A stretch of 19,559 bases of DNA from Salpingoeca rosetta (lineage: Eukaryota; Protista; Choanoflagellata), in assembly GCA_033442325.1 (NCBI GenBank), contig JAWQFM010000027.1, positions 543,334 through 562,892 of the forward strand. Direction: 5' to 3'. The first letter of the stretch is position 1; each line of letters opens with the position of its first letter. This document shows, piece after piece, positions 7,268 through 19,559 of this stretch. The position numbers and the translations under genes are program-made. The notes under the pieces are model-generated. The model was not told the DNA's origin and made no database searches. It worked only from the letters and a program-made list of their open reading frames with translations.

Positions 7268-9780
7268 TGTGTGTGTGTGTTTGGGGGGGGGGGTGACCGT
7301 TGCGTGTCAATGTGTGTGAGACAAAGGGTGGGGGGAAAGGGAGAGTCGACCCGCACAACGCTTACAAGGCAGCAAGCAAGTAATACGGTTCGCACACAAC
7401 AGTGCGCACACACAAATACAATCGCATGCAGACAGCCAAGGAACAAAAGACATTGTGGGTGATAACCTGGTCGCGGTCTGTGTCTGACGTCTCGCCTTCG
7501 CCAATGGCGGGCAGAGAGCTCTTGCTCGTCTCCCGTGACGCCGTCTCGCTCAGGAAATTCTGCAGTGATGTGTGTGCAGTGTTGGGTGGTGATGTGATGA
7601 AGGGCGGTGGAATGATGGTGATACGGTGTAGCAGCAGCACGGCTGTATGGGATAGGGGTGTGACTGACACAACACGCAGTGCCTGTTTCGAACGACGCAC
7701 GCACGCACGCACACGCAAGCGTACACACGCACGCACATGCACACACACACACGCCCATGCAGCCCGCCTGTGAATGTGCGTGTGCGTGCGCGCGTGCGCG
7801 TGTGCGTTGGTGGTTGATTGATTACCTCTGGGAGCTGGAGGGAGTAGCGGGAGCCCTTGGTCTGGGCAGCAGCCTCCATAATCGCCGTCACCCAGTGGTA
7901 CCGGTCCATGTCGTTGGACGCGCACATGAACTTGCACTCGTTCTTGAAGTGCGCCAGGATCTTGACGCATTGAGGTTGTTCGTTGGTGTTGGTTGGCTGG
8001 TGTGTGAGCACGTGATGGCTGCGCACACGTCAACAAGCACACAAGCACACACACACACATACACACACAAGCACAACACACATACGAAACACGGACACAG
8101 ACACAGACGAGCGCACACACAAACACACAAACACACACACTCACAGACAAGCACACACTCTCACCTGCTTGCGCGTGTTGGGCCAGAGCGGTTCGCTGAA
8201 GGGCTTGAGGCAGAAGCAGAGGTTTGTCGACGGCGCGTGTCGCGTGTGGCGCACAAAGTACACGTACATGTTCTTCAGGGGCCACTGCCCAAGGGAGCGG
8301 TCATACTCTTTTGCTGTTTGCGGCGGCTTCTTGTAGTACGTGAGCGTGCACTGGTTTCGCGACAGGATAAAGTGTCGTGACTTCCACGACTTGTGCGAGC
8401 CACCACGCTTCGACAGCGTCCCTGGTGTGTATTGTGTTGTGTTGTGTAGTGTTGTGTTGTGTTGTGTAGTGTTGGGTTGCGTGTGGTGTGCATGGGTGAG
8501 GGTGGACAATAGAGACAGCGAGGGCGTGTGGGTTGTGCATGGTCAGATGTTTGCGGGCGTTTGATTGTCGTGTCGGTGTGCGATTGCATTGCTAGAACAC
8601 AATGCAGCTTCACCTGCAATGGTCTTGAGGGTGTCGTTTTGTGGAATGATGGGAACCTAAGACGAAGCAGCAGAAGAGGATGCACAAGCACATGCGCATG
8701 CAAGAACAAGTACGCAATGCGTGGGTGAGGTTCACGTGAAGTGCAGTGGCACGCTGTGCAAACGCACACTGGTCAGACATATAACGTGCACCCCAAAACA
8801 GAGCGCGCACACACACACACACATACACACACACACACACACGCACGCACGCACGCACACACACACACACGCACACACACACACACATGACAGCACCTGC
8901 GCGAGTTGGAAGCGACAGGACGCTCGAATCTCGTCTGGCCAGCTGGCGCGAACTTCGATCAGGCTCTCACCCCGGCTGATCCACCTGCACCAGTGGACAC
9001 GCGGTGGTGATTGGCGGTGTGGGTGGAATGTTTGGTTGAGCGGCACTGGAACAGACAGTGGTGGTGAAGTAATGTTGCGAACAACACGAAAGCATACAAC
9101 AGTTCCCTCGTGTCGTGCTGCAAAAACCACGCCCAAAACCAAACAAGCAGTACGGCAAGGCAAGCAAGAAAGACGCGTCAGAAGCGAGGAGATTGCTCTG
9201 CATCACGTACCGTTGGATTGGTGGCTGCTCGAACACCTCCATGAGCTGCCATCGCATGTTGGGTTCCAGGGTGAGGCGATGCTGACTCGTGCACAGGCTC
9301 ACCACCAAGTCCACGGTCACAGTCGCGTCAACCTGCAGTGTTGTGTTGTTGTGTTGGTGTTGGTGTTGGGTGTTGTTGGGTGTTGTTGGGTTGTTCGTTG
9401 TTGGTTGTGTGAGCGCACGTGTGGTTGCGAGTACGCGTATGTAAGAGCAAGCGCACGAGTGAGTGCTTGCGAATCTGTGCACAGTAGAATGGAGAGTGGG
9501 CTTGGGGCAGATCACCGAGACAGGACAAGGATGCATGGCCCGAAGACCAAGACAGGACAGACAGAAGCCCACACGTGAGGACCCACCCACACCCACCCAC
9601 ACACACACACACACATACACACACACACACACCTGACCCACACATGACACGAACCTGCATGCGCATTTCCACGACGTCACTGGGCGTCTTCTGGTAGTAG
9701 ACGGTGAGGATGGTGGATGCGGATCCCGTGAAGGTGCGCCCAATGTCCTCCATGTTGCCGCTGGTCATGAGGTCGTCCAT
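2032..9780 (-). CDS. RA-PH (MRL/Grb7-type) + SAM domain, proline- and tyrosine-motif-rich scaffold, ~1836 aa; exons 9780-9655, 9332-9211, 8984-8897, 8656-8614, 8421-8165, 7960-7826 (alternative in-frame acceptor 7996), 7559-7467, 7211-3792, 3453-2353, 2157-2032
   Basis: All 9 introns are GT..AG with matching phases; total 5511 nt. RA-like: ILTVYYQKTPSDVVEMRMQVDATVTVDLVVSLC..RWQLMEVFEQPPIQRWISRGESLIEVRASW (compare RIAM WCLYEIYPELQIERFFEDHENVVEVLSDW). PH: IAGTLSKRGGSHKSWKSRHFIL..TYYKK..NMYVY..APSTNLCFCLKP..KFMCASNDMDRYHWVTAIMEA. No C-terminal BPS/SH2 was seen, so it is closer to the RIAM/lamellipodin architecture than to Grb7. Confidence 0.88.
3572..3780. repeat. Compound intronic microsatellite (GGAT)n, (AAAC/AAGC)n, (AAAAC)n
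   Basis: Read directly; lies within intron 3791-3454 of the RA-PH gene. Confidence 0.93.
5001..5210 (-). other. SAM-domain-coding segment within the RA-PH gene
   Basis: LPANPRDWDSADVLRWIKQSGLSDFRSKFYTNGFEGPQVLGLRGSQFLAQGFSSERCDALEQALEELRSK fits the SAM pattern W-x3-DV-x2-W-I/L-x3-GL-x2-F/Y-x3-F-x2-N-x-I/F-x-G-x2-L-L. Confidence 0.85.
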
Positions 9781-10174
9781 GATTGATGTTGGTTCGAGTG
9801 CTTGAAAATCACACTGCTTGCTTGCAGGGGAGGGGGAGCACGTTCTTTGGCGGCCGCGTGCGTGCGCTTCAAGCCCGAGGGACCGCTCGCTTGATTGCTG
9901 GAGGCGATGGGGTGGGCGGATGCCAATCACCCTTGCTTGCCGCACGTCCACTCTCGCCACAACAAGCCAAGTACAAGCAGGCACAAGCAGCAGCGCAACA
10001 AGCGCACAACCAAAACAACAACAACTTGGACTGCTGGTGCTGCACCAAAGCGCCCAATTAAAGAAAAACTTGTGAAGGATTCAATGCACATTTATGACGA
10101 ACAAGAGAGAAAAAAACAAAAAGGGAAGGAAGCAACGCAAAGAGAGAGAGAGAGAGCGACGGACGCTGCTGACG
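9781..10174. promoter_or_regulatory. Short divergent (probably bidirectional) promoter/5' UTR region
   Basis: Only 394 bp separate the ATG of the - strand RA-PH gene (9780) from the ATG of the + strand SSX2IP-like gene (10175). Inferred from gene geometry only. Confidence 0.55.
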
Positions 10175-10552
10175 ATGATGGAAGAACTGGACCTGTCTGC
10201 GTTGTTGATGAACGACGAGGAGGACGACGGAGGCAACGCAGGCGGCGACCTTGTAGACCAGCTGGGGTTTGGCAAGGGAAACGGACAGCCAGTGCAGCAG
10301 CAGCAGCAGCAGCAGAAGCCGTATGGCGTGCCGTCTTCATCGTTTGCAGAGACGCTGCAAACAACGACGAACAGCGGCAGCACCAGTCGCAGCACTGACG
10401 TCAGTGGCATCGGCCGTGGCCGTGGTGTCAGCGCAAGCAGCGAGGTGGACGACAGGGACCTGGCACACCGCTCCACCCACATTGACCACATTCTCGACAT
10501 TCTCGGCATTTCACCGCTCAACGCAGTGGACCGCTGTCAATCCCCAGGTGAG

Positions 10553-10601
<49 letters not shown>

Positions 10602-11762
10602 CTGAAGGTACCTTCTTCGTATCTGAGTTTGTCTCCTTGTGTGTTCAAAGCACGACTTGTGTCTCTGCACCACCCCCCCCTCCCCCCAACTGGCACTGCT
10701 CATGCTGCATACACACGCATGAACACACACACACACGCAGAGGATGCGCACGCAAGCCTAGAGGTGGTGGAGCGACTGCTGGACCTGCACCGCTACAACA
10801 AGCGCATGTATGAGGACTTGCAGTCCACGTAAGTCCACACCCTAATTGCTTGAGCGCTTCATAGCGTGCGTGCTTTAATAACGTGTACGCATGTTGCGCA
10901 GGCTGCAGTGAATTGGTGTTGCTTATCCAACCCACTTCGGCGGGTGTCCACAGTACTTACCGGTGCTCACATGTGTGTGTGTGTGCGTCATCGCGATTCA
11001 CCAACAGCATGGACCGTCTCAAGGACGACCGGCACCAGCAGGACCTACAGAAGGCAGAACTGAAGGTGGGCAAGATGTGTGTGTGTGTGTGTGAGGAAGT
11101 GGGAAGGACGACAGGGCGCGGGGTGCGTGCTTGTGTGCAGCCGAGTCATTCCCTTGCTCTCTCCCTTTCCTCCCAAAGCCACCACCCACGCATACCCACA
11201 ACTGCACATGCCGTAAACACCACGCCATCCCTTGACAACCCTCTCTCCCCCTCCCATGCCTCCCCCCCGTCACTCAGAACACGATACGGGAGGTTGAGCG
11301 GGCCCGTGATCAGGTGCAAGAGGAGCTGCGCCAGGCCCGCGTCGCCATCTCCCGCCTGCAGTCAGACCTCAAGACCCAGCAGGCAGAGGTAAGGTGTTTT
11401 GTGTCTGTATCTGTGTGTGTGTCTGTGTGTCTGTGTGTGTATCTGTGTGTGTCTGTATCTGTGTGTGTCTGTCTGTGTCTGTGTGTGTCTGTGTCTGTGA
11501 GTCTGTGTGTGGATGACATCTGTCCCCATGACTTTTCTTGCTGCGACCCTTGCTGTACATTTCTTGCCTTTGGCGACCTCACCTTCACCCTCCGCCCGCT
11601 GTGCCTGCGACCAGTCGAAGCGCGTGAAGCAGAATGCGGACACGCTCATCAACCAGCACGTGCACGAGCGCAAGCGGCTGCAGCGCCAGTACGACGCCCT
11701 CAGAGAAGCGCTCAGCAAGGTTGCCAAGCACAAATTGGGGTTTGGGGGGTTCATGTATTTGA

Positions 11763-11845
<83 letters not shown>

Positions 11846-12009
11846 ACAGTGTGCACAGGGGATGACTTCGGGTGCCTTCTCAGCTCACACACACACATGT
11901 GGCACGTGTGCAGAAAATTTCGCAGCAGGAGTCGCGTGGGCTGTCCATCCACTGCCTGAACGAAGAGAACAGGTGCTGTGCATTGGCTGTCGCACCCACA
12001 GGCTGCACG

Positions 12010-12056
<47 letters not shown>

Positions 12057-12663
12057 TATGTGTGTGTGTGTGCTGCTCCTCTTCTCACTGCTCACTGCGG
12101 TATCACGTCACCATCACCACACCAACCCATGCACATGGTCACCATCGCCATTGTCGTCGTCGTCGTTGCTGCCAGGTTGACGCGTGCCGGTGGTTCTCGT
12201 GGCAAGTGGGCCGTTCCAAAGAAGTGAGATGTCATTCACATGTGCATGTGTGCGTGTGTGCTTGTGCTTGTGTACGGCACTTCCTTCCGTGCACTGCCAC
12301 CTGTCTTAACGCCTGTGGCGTTTCGCAATCATGGTGCCCACCCTAGCTACCATCATCCCCGCGTTCCTTACCACCACCACCACCACCATCATCCCCACGT
12401 TCCTTACCACCACCACCACAACCACCACCACCACCATCATCCCCACGTTCCTTACCACCACCACCACCACCACCACCACCACCAGTGCGGCCGGGGCGAT
12501 TGAGTCGGAGATGCAGGAGATGCTCGAGCGACGCGTTCATGCCCTCAAGGACGAGAACGACCACATGCGACAGGCCCTCGCCGTGAGTTGTCCCTGCTGC
12601 CGAAAGATAGTGGTGGTAGGAGGTGCTGCTGCTGCTGCTGATGCTGCTGCTGCTGCTGATGAC

Positions 12664-12717
<54 letters not shown>

Positions 12718-12942
12718 ATCGCTCATATGTCTGTTCTCTCACCTTGCCGTCCATCACCACCACCACCACCACCACCAGTCGCTTGATGTTGACCTCGGGC
12801 AGGTGCTCCGCTCCGCCAATGTGCCCTCGTCCCCGCTCGATGAGTCATCCACATCACTCAACGACTCGTTTGATGGTGAGCACACATGTGCGCGCGCGTA
12901 TGTGTGTGTGTGTGTGTGTCCGCGCGTGTGTGTCTGTGTCTG

Positions 12943-12977
<35 letters not shown>

Positions 12978-13317
12978 GTCTGTCTGTCTATCTGTGTTGT
13001 TGTGTACGCGTGCATAAATGCAACACACGCTGGCCTACCCCTCATTCAACGCTACACCCACTTCACTTCACCACCACCACCACATCTCACCACCACATCT
13101 CACCACCATCATCACCATCACCAGCGCGGCGGCCGCTCGGGTCTGGGCAGTTCCAGCTGCCGTTTGATGTCGCCGGCGAGCGGATTGAGCGCTCGCTGAA
13201 GAAGAAGATGCAGCACTTGCAGCGGCAGCTCGAGGACGTCACCAGGCGCCACACGGAGAACACAGGTGAGGTCGGTGGTGGTGGTGGTGGTGATGATGAT
13301 GATGTTGCTGTTGCTGC

Positions 13318-13352
<35 letters not shown>

Positions 13353-16170
13353 ATGGTGACGTGTTCATGTGGTTTGTTTATCTGTATGTGTGTGCGCGCT
13401 TGTGTCTCTGGCACTTCACTTCCTTCGTGGATGTGTGTGTGCCATTGCGTCATACTCACGACGCGTGCGCTTGGTTTCCATGCCACCACGATATTTCTTG
13501 TGTTGCTTCTCTTGTTTCCGCTCCTGCAGATACGGAGGATGTCGCCAAGCTCAAGGTGAACACACACCCCACACCTACTCGCACACACACACACACATAC
13601 ACACACTCACACAATTACGTGCACACTTTCTCGTTCTTTGAACTCTGTGTGTCACCACGTACCAACCTCTCCCTCCCCTCACCTCTGTCATCATGATCAC
13701 CACCATTCCCTCCTCCACATCAGGCGGAGATTGCTGAGCTCAAGGAGGTGATGCAGCAGCAGCAGCAGCTGTTGCTCGAGGCGGAGGCAGGGCTGGCATC
13801 GTCGTCATTCGCAAAGTGCGGAAACAACAACACCATCACTGCACTGCTGTTGGGTGTGGATTGCCATTCCTCCTCTCACACTCACTCACTCACTCACTCA
13901 CTCACTCACACCCAACCTTGCCTCACTCACTCACTTCCCGTATTCACCCTCTCACTCACCCCACCCACCCACTCACTCACTCACTCACTCACTTCCCGCA
14001 TTCACTCACTCACTCACTCACTCACTCACTCACTCACTCACTCACTTCCCGCATTCACTCACTCACTTACTCCTCCCTCAACCGTCAACATCACCACCAC
14101 CGCCATCGCCACCAAGCAGGGAGCACTCGTTCCTGCAGTCGCCGGGCGCCCGCGCACCGGCAGCAAACGCGTCGTTTGTCGCGCGCAAGGAAACGTCGCT
14201 GCAGAAGGAGCGGTGAGGGATTGGTGGTGATGGCGGTGATGGCGGTGGTGATTGTGCTGGTCGCCGTGGTCGTGGTGCATGGCCTCTTTGAATGTGCACG
14301 CGTGTTTGTTCACAATGCTTCAGTGTCACACACACACGCACGCACACACGCACGCACATACACACTCTCACACATACCACGTACACACTGTCTGTTCTCA
14401 CCCACCCTGCCACCAACAACACCATCCCCCCTTCACGCCTTCAATGTTTCATGTGCAGCGAGCAACTGAACGCGTGGGCGCTGGTGTTGGCGGAGAAAGA
14501 GGCCAACTTGGCTCACGAGTTTGCAGAGCTGAAGAGAGCCGAGCTCAGGCAGAAAGTCAGGTATGTGTGTGTGTGTGTGTGTGCTGACTGGCTGCCTTTC
14601 TCACCAACTCCTCTCTCCATTCCTTCCTCCGCCCCTTCCACCCTTCCACCCCACCCTTCATCTCACCTGTTGCCCTCCTCCCACCCATCTCGTTCTTCAC
14701 AGGACGCCTGGGGCCTTGAGCTGGCTGGACACGCCAACAAAGCCGTCCTCATCATCGCTCTCCACAACATCGTCTGTCTCCAACACATTCGCGCAGCCAC
14801 CGCAATCATCATCAGCAGCAGCACCAACCGGAACAGGTGGTACTAGTGTTGGTGAGCGCGGTCGTGGCTCGTCCGCCCTCCACCACTCCGTGTCTGCACC
14901 GCTGACCAGCACGCCACCGTCGACATCAACACCTGCTAGCACCTCCGCGGCCAACGCAGGCACGGGCGAGCCGGGCCAGGCGTTGTCGACATCTTCGCCA
15001 CTGCGCGAAATGAAACGCGCAAGCGATTTCCTGCGCCAGGACGGTGCGCACACAGGACATGACACCAGCGGCAGCAACAACAGTGACAGCAACAACGACA
15101 TTTACCGCAAGCACACCAGCAGAACCAACACCCACACCAGCAATGGCAATGATGACAATGATGATGGTGGTGAGGGTGAGGGTGATGCAGACCTTGATGC
15201 TGCGTTCCCATTGTCATCCTTCTCCCCAATCCGTCGCGGGTCTGCCGGCAACAGCAGTCGAGGCGGTAACGACGGCACCAACAGCAGCACCAGTCTGGCC
15301 ACATCTGTTCGCAGCAACTACGAAGCGGCCACACCCATTATGAACAGGCTGGCTGATCTTGATGCCATGAGCAACCCAGACGGTGACGGCCGTGGTGGTG
15401 GTGGTGGTGGTGGTGGTCATGATGTGTCCAACGCTTCCACCACCCGCAGCACCAACCTCTCCCCGATTGTCAGCATGACCGGCAGCAATGGCGGTGGCGG
15501 TGGCGATGGTGATCGTGATCGTGATGTTGCGAGCATGGTGTTGGATGAGAGAGACGAATATGCGCAGCACCTCAAACACATGCACGACTATGAGTACCGC
15601 CGATTCCGCGACCAACCCACCCTCGCTCAGCCACGTGATGACAACAACAATGATGATGGTGATGACGGTGATGGTGATGATAATGGTGGCCGTGCTGGCG
15701 GTCGTGGTGGTCGCCAGCAGCAGCAACAAGTTCACGGTTGGTCAGCGAGTGCACACGCAACACCGCAGCAGCAACGGGCGCACACAGCAAGCACACACGG
15801 CCGTGGTGGCGCCGACACCAACACCTCCAACACAAACGCCAAGAGCGCGACCATGGCGGCGGCAATGTCAACACCACCACCCGCATCGTCATCATTGTCA
15901 GCATCAGCGCTGGTCAGTCCCCGGTTCAGTGACTTCAACACGGTCATGTCTGAGATTTCAACACCGCGACCAGCATTGCGGTCCTCTGCCTTCCTCCCGA
16001 GTTACGTCACACCTGCACGCGCCAGCAGTGGTGGTGGCGGTGATGGTGGTGGCAGCAGGCGGCGCCATGATGATCGTGGTGGTGGCAGGCTGGATGTTTC
16101 TTCATCGCCGATGCGAAGCGACACGAGCTGGCACCAGCTGTCACAAGGTGACGACTTTTGTGTGTGTTCT

Positions 16171-16201
<31 letters not shown>

Positions 16202-16716
16202 GTGCGTGTGTGCGTGCGTGCGTGTGTGTGCGAGTGGATGTGTGTGCGTGTGCGTGTGTGTGTGTGCGTGCGCGGCAGTATTACCTTCCCTGCTCGCCTT
16301 TCCTGCTGACCTTGCCCATGCTGCTTGACCTGTGATGCTTCCCTCTCACCCGCGTGTACGCCCCACTTCAGACTCGCACACATCGCCCCAATACGCGCGA
16401 CAGCGGCAAGACCACCAGCAACAAGACAGGGGTGAGGGGGGATCGGAAGAGGCGGAAGACATGCCACCGAGTTGGTTGGCTGGCGGTGTTGGTCTGGAGC
16501 GGCTGGAGCAGCTCAAATCGCGACTGCACGCCGTTGGCATTGTCTCGCCAAGCAAACGCAACACAGGCACACACGCGCAACAACAGCAGCAGCGAGGAGG
16601 GGCGGAAGGAACATCCAGGGCAGTGGATGCAACAAAAACGGGAGAGGAAGCAGCAGATGCTGCAGGCACCATTCATTTCGCAGGTCTGTATGTGTGTGTT
16701 CGTGTTTGTGTGTGTA

Positions 16717-16755
<39 letters not shown>

Positions 16756-16969
16756 TGGGGGGGGGGGTGTGTGTGGGGGTGGGTGTGTGTGTGGGTGTGT
16801 GGGTGTGATGGCTGTCACTGATGTTCTTTCCTGTGATTGTCCTCCCTGTTTTCGACCATTCACACCTGCCCGCGTGCTCACGTGTTCACGTGTGTGTTTG
16901 GGTTCAGGCCACGACTTTGTGCCGCTGTCCCAACCAGATCTCTCCATCAGCTTTGACGGCCGCATCTGA
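10175..16969 (+). CDS. SSX2IP: SSX2IP/ADIP (Msd1) homologue, afadin- and alpha-actinin-binding coiled-coil family, ~1102 aa; exons 10175-10547, 10741-10828, 11008-11065, 11278-11388, 11615-11719, 11914-11972, 12176-12223, 12486-12582, 12779-12875, 13125-13265, 13530-13555, 13724-13815, 14120-14212, 14459-14560, 14703-16147, 16372-16683, 16908-16969
   Basis: 16 GT..AG introns, all phase-consistent; 3309 nt. The spliced protein shows collinear SSX2IP-like blocks: LLDLHRYN, QHVHERKRLQRQYDALREAL, IHCLN..RAGGSRGKW, ERRVHALKDENDHMRQAL, FQLPFDVAGERIERSLKKK, KLKAEIAELKEVMQQQQQLL. Compare recalled human QYNHDMKRKEREYNKLKERL, ILNYVGRADGKRGSW, CKEMIKTQQQLL. Confidence 0.85.
11766..11843. repeat. (TG)n microsatellite, intronic
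   Basis: Perfect TG run in an SSX2IP-like intron. Confidence 0.95.
12349..12484 (+). repeat. Three-copy higher-order repeat ACCATCATCCCC(G/A)CGTTCCTT+(ACC)n at an intron 3' end
   Basis: Three near-identical units separated by variable ACC runs, ending at the acceptor before 12486. Confidence 0.88.
12624..12717. repeat. (GCT)n then (GAT)n trinucleotide tract, intronic
   Basis: Read directly; source of spurious poly-D/poly-M/poly-H ORFs. Confidence 0.93.
13879..14068. repeat. (CTCA)n tetranucleotide array with three embedded TTCCCG(T/C)ATT interruptions
   Basis: Read directly in intron 13816-14119. Confidence 0.9.
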
Positions 16970-16978
16970 GCACTTGCT

Positions 16979-16982
<4 letters not shown>

Positions 16983-17049
<67 letters not shown>

Positions 17050-17140
17050 CACTGCGGGTGTTTAGCCATCTCCATGCACTGTTTTGTTGTTGACATGTGT
17101 TCTTTCGTGATCACACGCCGCGTTGATGATGGTGATGATG

Positions 17141-17172
<32 letters not shown>

Positions 17173-17177
17173 GATGA
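16983..17177. repeat. (TG)n and (GAT)n tracts in the 3' UTR region of the SSX2IP-like gene
   Basis: TG run 16983-17046 and GAT run ~17124-17178. Confidence 0.9.
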
Positions 17178-17431
17178 TGGCTTGTTGTCTGACGTTTCTT
17201 GTCGTCCTGCATGTGCTTGTGCATAAACCCGCATTCCTGCCATCACTGCGCCCAGACACATGCAAGCTGTGCTGTGACTGCGAATTCGTGGTGGGTATCA
17301 TGTACTTGAAAAGGACAATGGGAAGTTGGTGGGTGTTGTGGCTGTTGGTATCACGATGGGTGATGAAACTGGACACTTGAATGGCAGGTGTCTGTGATTT
17401 GACATAATTGTGTGTGTGTGCGTGTGTGTGT

Positions 17432-17462
<31 letters not shown>

Positions 17463-17661
17463 GTTTTGCGACAGACCTAGCGCATGAAGAGAGGTTGGGA
17501 ACACGAAGGGAAAGGGGGTACGAGAACGAAGGAAAGGTGGTGACAGTGTGCGGAATGGTTGCATATGCCAAAGCATTCGCGCGTGCGAAAGGAGGGGAAA
17601 GTGAACAAGCAATCCACACGCACAGAGCGCGCACACAAACACAGCCACACATTGGCACCAT

Positions 17662-19495
<1,834 letters not shown>

Positions 19496-19501
19496 CTGAC
19501 C

Positions 19502-19538
<37 letters not shown>

Positions 19539-19559
19539 TGTGTGTGTGTGTGTGTGTGT

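Noticed and set aside
8425-8613. Possible exon VKLHCVLAMQ... suggested by ORF 8275-8769
   Set aside because: 8613 works better as the donor of the 43-nt exon 8656-8614 (VPIIPQNDTLKTIAG), which restores phase into the PH exon.
9757-9780. N-terminal MDDL resembling paxillin LD1 or the RIAM talin-binding helix
   Set aside because: The following residues (MTSGN) do not fit LDxLLxxL; the similarity is too short.
12349-12484. CRISPR-like appearance of three repeated units
   Set aside because: The spacers are just ACC runs, the context is a eukaryotic intron, and there are no cas genes.
12623-13696. 357 aa ORF with poly-M/poly-H/poly-A
   Set aside because: Read-through of three real SSX2IP-like exons joined by stop-free repeat introns; not a separate protein.
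17360-17405. GTGATGA C-box-like motif followed by a small hairpin
   Set aside because: No properly placed CTGA D box, terminal stem or rRNA-complementary guide.

Overview
Intron-rich eukaryotic DNA with microsatellite-filled introns ((CA)n/(TG)n, (CAC)n, (GAT)n, (CTCA)n). The style and gene content suggest a choanoflagellate such as Salpingoeca rosetta (inference). Hand splicing at GT..AG boundaries, with phase continuity checked, gives four protein-coding genes. (1) The last two exons of an unidentified + strand gene (136-467). (2) A 10-exon - strand gene (9780->2032, ~1836 aa) with an MRL/Grb7-type RA-PH tandem, followed by a very long Pro/Gln-rich region carrying a SAM domain, 15 YGD tyrosine motifs, an RPLPPLP SH3 ligand and two YQN motifs. 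(3) A divergently transcribed 17-exon SSX2IP/ADIP (Msd1) homologue (10175-16969, ~1102 aa). (4) The 3' five exons of a VIP36/LMAN2-type L-lectin on the - strand (19495->17788). The apparently intergenic stretch 790-1500 hides two box C/D snoRNAs on the - strand, a U15/SNORD15 homologue and an snR39B/SNORD2 homologue, probably in introns of an unannotated non-coding host transcript. Most of the supplied ORF track is repeat-derived or antisense noise. Family assignments rest on motif similarity recalled from memory; no database search was run.
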